Part shown: one piece after another, positions 9,559 to 16,488 of the stretch
Numbering within the stretch: position 1 is the stretch's first letter
How the letters are laid out: each line of letters opens with the position of its first letter
NCBI GenBank assembly: GCA_016186625.1
Contig: JACPLG010000008.1
Coordinates: 80,689 to 144,688, forward strand
DNA length: 64,000 bases
Source of the DNA: Candidatus Levyibacteriota bacterium
Lineage (GTDB): Bacteria; Patescibacteriota; Microgenomatia; Levybacterales; UBA12049
Reading direction: 5' to 3'
The notes under the pieces: generated by a model
Database searches by the model: none
Seen by the model: only the letters and a program-made list of their open reading frames with translations
What the model was told of the DNA's origin: nothing
Translations under genes and position numbers: made by a program

Positions 9559-9996
9559 TTATTCCGGAAATAAGAATTCTAGAATTCTAGACTGGTCTTC
9601 TATTAAAGCCCTTGGCTCTGGAAACGCTAGTGTTGAAGTATTTAAAACATCTGGAGATGAAAAATCTGCATGACATGTTAGTATTGTTCCGTCAGGCAAA
9701 ATTACCCAATCCATACTTAATACGTCTCTCACGCGGCTTAAGCGTAAGATAGGCGTTTTTGATGTTACATCTGGGATTTCTCCATGTCCATCCTGAATTG
9801 GCTTGGACCCTTTCATGATGTGTGTTTTAAAACGGTCAGGATCAACGATTTGTATTCGCCTAATTATTGTGCCTAGATGCCAAGCAATCTGAGCAGCATG
9901 GTGAATATAAAATCCCTCTAGTCTTGTTCTGGAAGAATCGCGTCCGTCTAATTTAGGACGAGAATCTGGTGTCAGACCTGGTATTTCTCCTGCCAT
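9559..9996 (-). CDS. Hypothetical protein (weak DinB/YfiT-like HH..Q His-rich motif)
   Basis: 145 aa; GFYIHHAAQIAWHLG; no confident family. Confidence 0.35.
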   Translation of the reverse strand: MAGEIPGLTPDSRPKLDGRDSSRTRLEGFYIHHAAQIAWHLGTIIRRIQIVDPDRFKTHIMKGSKPIQDGHGEIPDVTSKTPILRLSRVRDVLSMDWVILPDGTILTCHADFSSPDVLNTSTLAFPEPRALIEDQSRILEFLFPE

Positions 9997-10043
9997 TGCA
10001 GAAAAAGTCTAACAAAAACAGGAATTCCTGTCAATTTCAGTCG

Positions 10044-10388
10044 CTACTTAACTGAGGAAACTATTTGTTTGAAAGTATCCGGATCGTTCTGGACAAGATC
10101 GTTTAAGATTTTTCTGTCCAATTCCACATTTGCCTTTTTAAGTTTATTAATCAAAACACTGTATGAAATCCCCTCTTTTTTTGCAGCCTGCGAAATTCTA
10201 ATGATCCAAAGTGCTCTATTTTCTCTTTTTCTTAGTTTTCTTCCATGATATGCGTACTTCCCAGCATGAAGAGCAGCCTCTCTGGCGTCTCTAACAAGCC
10301 TTGTTTTTGTACCGGTAAAGCCTTTAGTTTGGGCAAATAATTTTTTATGTTTTCTTCGGGACACAGTCCCTCGTTTAACTCTAGACAT
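10044..10388 (-). CDS. rplT: 50S ribosomal protein L20
   Basis: MSRVKRGTVSRRKHKK...; ATG start with AGGAG SD 7 nt upstream. Confidence 0.9.
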   Translation of the reverse strand: MSRVKRGTVSRRKHKKLFAQTKGFTGTKTRLVRDAREAALHAGKYAYHGRKLRKRENRALWIIRISQAAKKEGISYSVLINKLKKANVELDRKILNDLVQNDPDTFKQIVSSVK

Positions 10389-10467
10389 ATGTCAACTCCT
10401 AACTGCTGACTACTAACTTCTAACCTTTGACGTTTAGTTGTTAGTCGTTAGAAGTTATTAGTTGCAG
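10389..10467 (-). promoter_or_regulatory. Long imperfect stem-loop in the rpmI-rplT spacer, immediately upstream of the rplT SD
   Basis: mRNA: ACTAATAACTTCTAAC...GTTAGAAGTTAGTAGT, arms of ~16 nt plus CTGC/GCAG extension. Confidence 0.3.
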
Positions 10468-10671
10468 CTATGCTGCATTAAGTTGTTTCTTTATTTTCTT
10501 ACCAAATACTGGATTTAAAACTCCCGGTTCTTTGCCGCGCCTTAGGTGGCTTTTAGTTTTATTTTTCTTAAGATGTCCAACATTTTGGTGAGAAAACATC
10601 ACTTTTCCGGTTTTTGTGACCTTAAAGCGTCTGCTTACCGACTTCTTGATTTTTTTCTTGTTCTTCTTCAT
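10468..10671 (-). CDS. rpmI: 50S ribosomal protein L35
   Basis: 67 aa, very basic, KKSVSRRFKVTKTGKV matches the L35 core. Confidence 0.85.
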   Translation of the reverse strand: MKKNKKKIKKSVSRRFKVTKTGKVMFSHQNVGHLKKNKTKSHLRRGKEPGVLNPVFGKKIKKQLNAA

Positions 10672-11218
10672 GTTTTTTCTTTTTATCCGGAGAAAGCATT
10701 GAAATTAGCTGCCTTCCCTCAAAATGTGCCTCCTTATCTACTTTTGATATGTCGGAAAGACGTGAAATCGCTTTTCCTATCACTTGATGTCCAAATTCCG
10801 GATGTCCCATTTGACGTCCTTTGAATCTGACAACAAGTTTTACCTTATCATTTCCTTCAAGAAATTCCCTAGCGCGCCTTATCATTGTCTCCAAATCATG
10901 ATCGTCCATGAACGGGCCTAGGCGAATTTCTTTTGTTTCAGAATTTTTTGATTTCTTTTTTTCTTCCCGTCTCTTTTTTTCTTCCTGATAAAGAAATTTC
11001 TTAAAGTCAATAACGCGAGCTACCGGAGGCTTGGCAAAAGGGGCAATTTCTACCAAATCCATTTCCTTTTCCCGGGCAATTTCAAGCGCTTCCCTCTTAT
11101 TAAGTATTCCAATTTGCTTTCCTTTCAGGTCCAAAACCCGAAGCTCGTTTGCAAATATTCGCTCATTGGTTCTATAGAACTTACTGCGCGTTTTATTTTT
11201 GTTATACCTTTTTCTCAA
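10622..11218 (-). CDS. infC: Translation initiation factor IF-3 (apparent non-ATG TTG start, K/E-rich linker and C-terminal tail)
   Basis: NERIFANELRVLDLKGKQIGILNKREALEIAREKEMDLVEI (N-domain) and KVKLVVRFKGRQMGHPEFG (C-domain). The listed start codon reads TTG. Confidence 0.85.
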   Translation of the reverse strand: MRKRYNKNKTRSKFYRTNERIFANELRVLDLKGKQIGILNKREALEIAREKEMDLVEIAPFAKPPVARVIDFKKFLYQEEKKRREEKKKSKNSETKEIRLGPFMDDHDLETMIRRAREFLEGNDKVKLVVRFKGRQMGHPEFGHQVIGKAISRLSDISKVDKEAHFEGRQLISMLSPDKKKKHEEEQEKNQEVGKQTL

Positions 11219-12401
11219 TTTCCTCTTTAACCCTTATTAAAAAATTGGAAAGATTAAGTTTTCCTAAATCTTTCCCATCCCTAGTTCTAAGCGAAATTTC
11301 GTTTTTCTCAATTTCCTTGTCCCCAATTATAACTAAATATGGAATTTTTTGCAAAGTCGCTTCCCTAATTTTTGCCTGAAGGGTATCGGATTTGCCAAAA
11401 ACTTCGGTTCGTATTCCGGCATTTCTTAGTTTGTCAGCGATTTTTTTTGCATAGCCTGTATGTTTATCTGTGATCGGAAGAATGGCCACCTGGACAGGAG
11501 AGAGCCAGAGAGGAAATGCTCCCTGATAATGTTCGGTCAAAATTCCAATAAATCGTTCAAGTGAGCCTGTAACAGCACGGTGTACAATTACTGGCCTTTT
11601 TGGTTTTCCATCCTTGTCAATGTATTCAAGCTTCAGCTTCTGCGGAATTTGAAAATCCAGCTGGATTGTTGCCAACTGCCAGTCTCTTCCTTGCGAATCT
11701 TTAATCTGAATATCAATTTTTGGTCCGTAAAAAGCTCCGTCTTTTTCTTTGACGCCGTATTTAACTTTTGCACTCTTAAGAGCTTTTTCAAGATCTTTTT
11801 CTGCTTCTTCCCATAATTTTTCCTCCCCCATTGCATTATCCGGCTTAGTCGATAGGAAAAATTCTGAGGCGAATCCAAAAATTTTATAAAAATTTTCAAT
11901 AAAAACCAACAACTTCTCAATTTCGTCCTGGATTTGATCAGGTCTTATGAAGTGATGCGCATCATCGATTGTGAATTGTCGTACTCTGAAAAGTCCGCCA
12001 AGTACCCCAGACAATTCGTTTCTATGTAATACTCCAAAATCCGCAATTCTAAGCGGTAGATCAACATAGCTTCTTACTCTGGATTGATAAATAAGGCATG
12101 CCTCCGGACAATTCATTGGTTTTAGCGAATAGAACTCTTTGTCAACCTCAAGTTTAAACATATTCTTATTGTAAAAATCCCAGTGACCAGAACGCTTGAA
12201 GAGATCGTTTTTAACCATTACGGGGGTAAAAACTTCCAAATACCCTTCGTTTAAGAGGTTATTTCTAAGATATTCCTGAAGAATCCTGTAAATTATATAT
12301 CCTTTATGGTGCCAAAAAACTGCGCCGGGTGCCTCTTCATGGAAAGAAAAAAGGTCAAGTTCCGCTCCGATTTGTCTGTGATCCTTAAGCTGATTAGTCA
12401 T
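11202..12401 (-). CDS. thrS: Threonine--tRNA ligase, catalytic plus anticodon-binding domains only (no N-terminal TGS/editing domains)
   Basis: Begins DHRQIGAELDLFSFHEEAPGAVFWHHKGY, aligning to E. coli ThrRS from about residue 243; 399 aa vs ~640 aa full length. Confidence 0.85.
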   Translation of the reverse strand: MTNQLKDHRQIGAELDLFSFHEEAPGAVFWHHKGYIIYRILQEYLRNNLLNEGYLEVFTPVMVKNDLFKRSGHWDFYNKNMFKLEVDKEFYSLKPMNCPEACLIYQSRVRSYVDLPLRIADFGVLHRNELSGVLGGLFRVRQFTIDDAHHFIRPDQIQDEIEKLLVFIENFYKIFGFASEFFLSTKPDNAMGEEKLWEEAEKDLEKALKSAKVKYGVKEKDGAFYGPKIDIQIKDSQGRDWQLATIQLDFQIPQKLKLEYIDKDGKPKRPVIVHRAVTGSLERFIGILTEHYQGAFPLWLSPVQVAILPITDKHTGYAKKIADKLRNAGIRTEVFGKSDTLQAKIREATLQKIPYLVIIGDKEIEKNEISLRTRDGKDLGKLNLSNFLIRVKEEIEKKV

Positions 12402-12445
12402 TGAGTAGGTATTTTATCAATCTAGCTTTGTTTTAGCAATTATGT

Positions 12446-12670
12446 TCATCTTCCGGGAATTTGTAATCTGTTGGAAAGAATATAATTAATGACCCGAGAT
12501 ACAAAATCTCCAACAATCGGAACAAAGTCAATATTTGAGGCAATAAAGCCAAGAATAGCAATAAAAACAGACAAACCGACTGTTACTCCCAATCCCCAGG
12601 CCACTCCTCCAAGAAAATTGTTTGTGAATATTTGTCTTTTATTTTTGTGGATATTTAAGTGTTTTTCCAT
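12446..12670 (-). CDS. Small membrane protein (hypothetical)
   Basis: 74 aa with two hydrophobic helices. Confidence 0.3.
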   Translation of the reverse strand: MEKHLNIHKNKRQIFTNNFLGGVAWGLGVTVGLSVFIAILGFIASNIDFVPIVGDFVSRVINYILSNRLQIPGR

Positions 12671-12707
12671 AGACTGAGTTTAGTTTAGGCAGAAATCCAA
12701 AGAAAAG

Positions 12708-13277
12708 TCAAAGATTTAAGTCTGGTGCAATTTTTTGCATGGCAGAAAGAGCAATTTGGATAAACTGCGGAAGCGCAATGTTTAGTTTTTGCTCACAAAG
12801 TGCTATCTGTTCCCGGTCTGCTCCTTGGGCAAATCCTTTTTCATTATACCTTTTCATTACAAAGTCAGGCGTAAGTGAAGCAAGTTTTTTGTCAGGATGG
12901 ACGAGCGCTGCGGCAATAATAAGACCTGACAGCTCATCACAGCAGTACATGGCCCAATCCATTTGTGATTTTGGTTCTACACCTGTTTTTTGGAAGTTAT
13001 GGGCTTTTATAGCATACATTACATCACTATCCAAAAGGTTCCCAATTCTTTGCTCAAGAACAAGTGTGTGCTGTGTTGGATTATCCCTTGTCAGCTCATA
13101 ATCTGCGTCGTGTAAAAGCCCCACAGTCCCCCATTTATTAAGAGTCAGAGAATCGGCTTTTGGATTAAGCCTCTTGCAAAGTGAGAGCATTATTACTTCA
13201 CACGCAAGATGATGTTTTATAAGATTGGGATTTGAAATAAGTCCAGTTAAAGTTTGAAGCGCGTCTTGTCTGGTCAT
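12708..13277 (-). CDS. HD-domain phosphohydrolase
   Basis: VGLLHDADYELTRD (HD motif) plus upstream His residues. Confidence 0.6.
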   Translation of the reverse strand: MTRQDALQTLTGLISNPNLIKHHLACEVIMLSLCKRLNPKADSLTLNKWGTVGLLHDADYELTRDNPTQHTLVLEQRIGNLLDSDVMYAIKAHNFQKTGVEPKSQMDWAMYCCDELSGLIIAAALVHPDKKLASLTPDFVMKRYNEKGFAQGADREQIALCEQKLNIALPQFIQIALSAMQKIAPDLNL

Positions 13278-13317
13278 GCTTTAAGTTTAGCAGATTTTTA
13301 TCAGGCAATTCATTCGG

Positions 13318-13362
13318 TTTACACCCCGGGTGTGGATTTAAGTTTACACCCTAGGATTTGTG
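13318..13362. repeat. REP-2 copy (TTTACACCCCGGGTGTGGATTTAAGTTTACACCCTAGGA)
   Basis: Two-part repeat identical in structure to copies at 52316 and 52824. Confidence 0.65.
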
Positions 13363-13363
13363 T

Positions 13364-13434
13364 GGACCCGAGAGGTATCGAACCTCTGGCCTCTTCGATG
13401 TCAACGAAGCGCTCTACCACTGAGCTACGAGTCC
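13364..13434 (-). tRNA. tRNA-Val (anticodon GAC)
   Basis: Minus-strand sequence GGACTCGTAGCTCAGTGGTAGAGCGCTTCGTTGACATCGAAG...GGTTCGATACCTCTCGGGTCCA folds as a cloverleaf; anticodon loop TTGACAT. Confidence 0.8.
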
Positions 13435-13490
13435 ATTCAAAGTCGGGCAGGTGTCAATGCAACGCTCTAACCAACTGAGCTACAACTCTA
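13435..13490 (-). pseudogene. tRNA 5'-half fragment (acceptor + D-arm + anticodon-loop TTGACAC, no T-arm) abutting tRNA-Val
   Basis: AGAGTTGTAGCTCAGTTGGTTAGAGCGTTGCATTGACAC then no pairing partner and no GTTCGA box. Confidence 0.4.
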
Positions 13491-13543
13491 TAAAATAAAC
13501 GAGCCCGAAGGCCCGTTTATTTTAACAAAATAAGTTCATTGGA

Positions 13544-13840
13544 TCAAATACAGTTAGTTCGAGGTCTTGGCATGACTTTGGCCATATTCGGTGCCTCTTC
13601 CGGAGGCGGAACATGCATTATTCCTCCATCCACTGCAAATGCGTGACCAACACGCATTGTTATACTCTCTCCGTCAGGAGTTCTTCCTGTGATAAATTCT
13701 TGTGGTGTACCACCATCTATTAATAAACCCGCTCTTCTATGTTCTGTCCATGGGTTTGCTTGTGTTACGCCTGTCATTTTATCCGCTGCATCAGCCGCTG
13801 CCCTTGATTCTCCTGTTTCAAATCCTGTCTCCGTTACCAT
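13544..13840 (-). CDS. Hypothetical small protein P2
   Basis: 98 aa; strong SD GGTAGGGGGTGAT 8 nt upstream of ATG; immediately follows P3 stop; GC-richer. Confidence 0.4.
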   Translation of the reverse strand: MVTETGFETGESRAAADAADKMTGVTQANPWTEHRRAGLLIDGGTPQEFITGRTPDGESITMRVGHAFAVDGGIMHVPPPEEAPNMAKVMPRPRTNCI

Positions 13841-13857
13841 AATTAATCACCCCCTAC

Positions 13858-14463
13858 CTAAAATTTCCCCTTTCCTTTCATTCGCAATTTTCCATTAGTG
13901 GATTCTCTTATTCCGTATCCAACTCCAGCTAATTTAGCTAATTCTTGCCCGATCTCATCATTTCTGCGGAAGGCGTTGACTACCAATACAGTTACTTTTT
14001 TTCTGGGATCTCTTACATCCGGTAATTCGTCTCTTGCGAAGAATGATGTCATGTCACTACCCACTCCAGTTCCTCTAATTTGCGCCCGGTACATTGTTGC
14101 TAACTCTGGTGTGTCTGGAATTGTTGTTAACCCCTGCCTATGTCCTTCGTTATTTGCCAGCCTTTCACCGTCTCTTTTTACCGCTTCCATTAATTCTGGA
14201 ATTTGGTTTGGAGGAAGTCTCCTGGGGTTGATAGAGAAAGTTAAGCTTGCACGTAACGCATCGGCTATAAACCAGCTACCGCCGTTTCCAGATATTGGTT
14301 CTACGCTTATTTTATCTACCTTTGTAGGGTCTATGTATGGATGTCTAGGAGAGTCTGCAATCATTCGCGCAATCACAGCCGCATCATGGCGGGTAAACTC
14401 ACCGGCTCTAAAAAGATCAGGTCTTTGACCTGTTTGTCTTGGTTCAAAATCTTGTCTTCCCAT
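13858..14463 (-). CDS. Hypothetical protein P3 (start taken at internal ATG; listed ORF begins with TTG)
   Basis: 201 aa, Arg/Asp/Gly-rich, no recognised motif; preceded by terminator-like hairpin 27 nt upstream. Confidence 0.4.
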   Translation of the reverse strand: MGRQDFEPRQTGQRPDLFRAGEFTRHDAAVIARMIADSPRHPYIDPTKVDKISVEPISGNGGSWFIADALRASLTFSINPRRLPPNQIPELMEAVKRDGERLANNEGHRQGLTTIPDTPELATMYRAQIRGTGVGSDMTSFFARDELPDVRDPRKKVTVLVVNAFRRNDEIGQELAKLAGVGYGIRESTNGKLRMKGKGKF

Positions 14464-14476
14464 ATTCTTAAGCAAC

Positions 14477-14620
14477 AAAAAAACCTCCCGTTGGGGAGGT
14501 TTCTAAGTTAGTCTAACCTTAATTATGCGTCAGACTTACCTCCCCGTAAGGAGTTGATAAGGACGAGAATAAGGTTTTTAATCTTTTCTACCATAGACAA
14601 ATACTAACAACTGGAAATAC
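14477..14620 (-). promoter_or_regulatory. Conserved leader (paralog of 9364-9433) with candidate promoter TTGACT-N17-TAGTAT and anti-antiterminator/antiterminator/terminator hairpins
   Basis: Minus strand: TTGACTtgagtatttccagttgtTAGTAT ... CTCCTTACGGGGAGGTAAG ... AACCTCCCCAACGGGAGGTTTTTTT then ATG 27 nt later. Confidence 0.4.
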
Positions 14621-14760
14621 TCAAGTCAAGAGGGGAAAAGAAGCGGAGCCCTTAAATAGCTAGAATAGTTGAATGGGTAAAATGGCTATATCATTAAGAG
14701 ACAGAATTATTATAATCGATAAACCATGTAGCCATGAAACAATTTAACAATTTACTGGCT

Positions 14761-15405
14761 TTAGCCTGTTTGGGTTACAACGGCGCGCTCGCCTGATAGC
14801 ATAAATGAGGCACCGTGTTTTTTAGCCAGTACTCCGTATTGACGTGCCGCTTTTTTGCTCCTAAGGGCTTTAAACCAGGCAAGAGAGTCCTCAACGTTTA
14901 GTCTGGCATCTCTTATCCATTCAAGTATCATTTCAACAAAGTTAAGCTGGTATTTGCCCGGAGCCTCAGCCATTTGCTCAAGCGCTATGACTTCAACTTT
15001 CTCTTTAAGCTCCGTTGAGCTGTTTGCAAGCTGTTTTATTTCAATAAGAATCTCCTGGATTTTTACCTGAATTTCGCGACTTTCCTCCCCTGTTTTTCTT
15101 TTTCCTACCTCAACAATTTCTCTATGGTATTGACTTCCCGGTTCTGTCCTTACTTTTGCTTCCTGAATTTTTAAAGCTTCAAAATCAACTTCTTCTCCTG
15201 CTTCCATTTCTCCGCCGGATTCTGTATTACGGACGCCAGATTTTCCCAAGAATTGATCCCACGCGTCATAAACAGAATCCTTCCCTACGTCACGTACTAT
15301 GGATTTTGCAACTCCCTTACCCACTCCAATTAGGGCTTCAAACGGGTTTTCAGAAATATATTGTTTTGGCTCTCTTTTGCCGCTTTTTAATTTTGTATTT
15401 TGCAT
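14761..15405 (-). CDS. Hypothetical protein (coiled-coil, K/E-rich)
   Basis: 214 aa, no motif recognised. Confidence 0.35.
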   Translation of the reverse strand: MQNTKLKSGKREPKQYISENPFEALIGVGKGVAKSIVRDVGKDSVYDAWDQFLGKSGVRNTESGGEMEAGEEVDFEALKIQEAKVRTEPGSQYHREIVEVGKRKTGEESREIQVKIQEILIEIKQLANSSTELKEKVEVIALEQMAEAPGKYQLNFVEMILEWIRDARLNVEDSLAWFKALRSKKAARQYGVLAKKHGASFMLSGERAVVTQTG

Positions 15406-15423
15406 ATTGCGACCACTAATTTA

Positions 15424-16251
15424 TCATAGGTTTCTTAGGAAATCAAGCGTTTTTTGCTGTCTTAAAATAGAAGCGAGAAGATATCTGTTGGCTCGCAGGC
15501 TTTCGCGTTCTTCTGGTTTTGCGTTTTCTATGGTTTTCTCAATCTCCGCTTCCTCCACGGTAATTTTTTCCTCCTGCGCAACTTTCTGAAGAGCAAACTC
15601 AAGTTTTAAGTCTGCCTCGGCTTTTCCTGCGTACTCGGCTCTTAAAGCCTCTGCAGTTTTTCCGGTTGAGGAGAGATATTGATCAAGACTCATTCCGAGT
15701 CTCTTGATCTCATCAAGCGTTTGGCTAAGCAGCCTGTCAACTTCCCTATCAATAAGGACTTTTGGGATTGTGATTTCTGCATTTGCGAGCAAAGCTTTGA
15801 TTATCTCATCAAGTTTTGGTTTTTCCTCCTGTTTTCCAGGCACAATAATTTTACTCTTTGCCGTAACTTTTTTAACTTCTTCTTTATACCCATCTAGCCT
15901 GACTTCGGGCGCTTCAGAAGTTATTGCGTGAAACTGCCAGTCTTTCCCTTCCAAAAGCTCTCCCTCAACATGGATCCTCGGATCCATAATGGGTTTTAGA
16001 TTGTACTCTTTAATTGCCTCTGTATAGGCTCCCGGAAGAATTTGTCTTAAAACCTCATCTTTTACTCTGGCGTTATCCAACTTTTCCTCAACCAGTTTTT
16101 TTGGCGCTTTTCCTTTGCGAAACCCAGGCAGATTGGCATTTTTAACCATTTCCGCAAGAACAATATCCCGTTCTTTTTTGACAATTGCCCAGGGAATGGT
16201 AATTTTTAGCTCAATTGTCCCGTCTGCTGTTCTCTCAATAGTTGTTTTCAT
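15424..16251 (-). CDS. tig: Trigger factor (ribosome-binding N-domain + C-domain; PPIase domain apparently absent)
   Basis: GFRKGKAPKKLVEEK matches the TF signature GFRxGxxP; only 275 aa. Confidence 0.7.
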   Translation of the reverse strand: MKTTIERTADGTIELKITIPWAIVKKERDIVLAEMVKNANLPGFRKGKAPKKLVEEKLDNARVKDEVLRQILPGAYTEAIKEYNLKPIMDPRIHVEGELLEGKDWQFHAITSEAPEVRLDGYKEEVKKVTAKSKIIVPGKQEEKPKLDEIIKALLANAEITIPKVLIDREVDRLLSQTLDEIKRLGMSLDQYLSSTGKTAEALRAEYAGKAEADLKLEFALQKVAQEEKITVEEAEIEKTIENAKPEERESLRANRYLLASILRQQKTLDFLRNL

Positions 16252-16261
16252 AGTTTTTTAG

Positions 16262-16385
16262 TGTTTACACTGAGTGAACGAAGTGCGGACGAGAAGATTC
16301 TCCGCAAATGCACTCGCTTCCGCTTCACAAGCGATCTCCTTCCAGTCCGCTCCCCACGCCTTAAGTAGGCCGGAGAGGACTTGAA
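16262..16385. repeat. MITE-like repeat copy next to the tRNA-Leu 3' end
   Basis: tgagtgaacgaagtgcggacgagaag... contains GAACGAAGTG (reverse complement of the CACTTCGTTC motif seen beside tRNA-His). Confidence 0.3.
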
Positions 16386-16467
16386 CCTCCAAGGGTTTCC
16401 CCATATGGTCCTAAACCATACGCGTCTGCCAATTTCGCCACCGGCCCGCAAATGGTATTATACCTTA
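16386..16467 (-). tRNA. tRNA-Leu (anticodon TAG), class II with long variable arm
   Basis: GGGCCGGTGGCGAAATTGGCAGACGCGTATGGTTTAGGACCATATGGGGAAACCCTTGGAGGTTCAAGTCCTCTCCGGCCTA. Confidence 0.8.
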
Positions 16468-16488
16468 CCCTCCAAAGGCGGGCAAGTT

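Noticed and set aside
14477-14620. T-box riboswitch
   Set aside because: No AANNGGGUGGNACCGCG T-box sequence or specifier-loop architecture; only the generic antiterminator/terminator logic is shared.
16248-16451. 67-aa minus-strand ORF
   Set aside because: Overlaps tRNA-Leu(TAG) and a MITE-like repeat; Arg-rich translation typical of a tRNA antisense frame.
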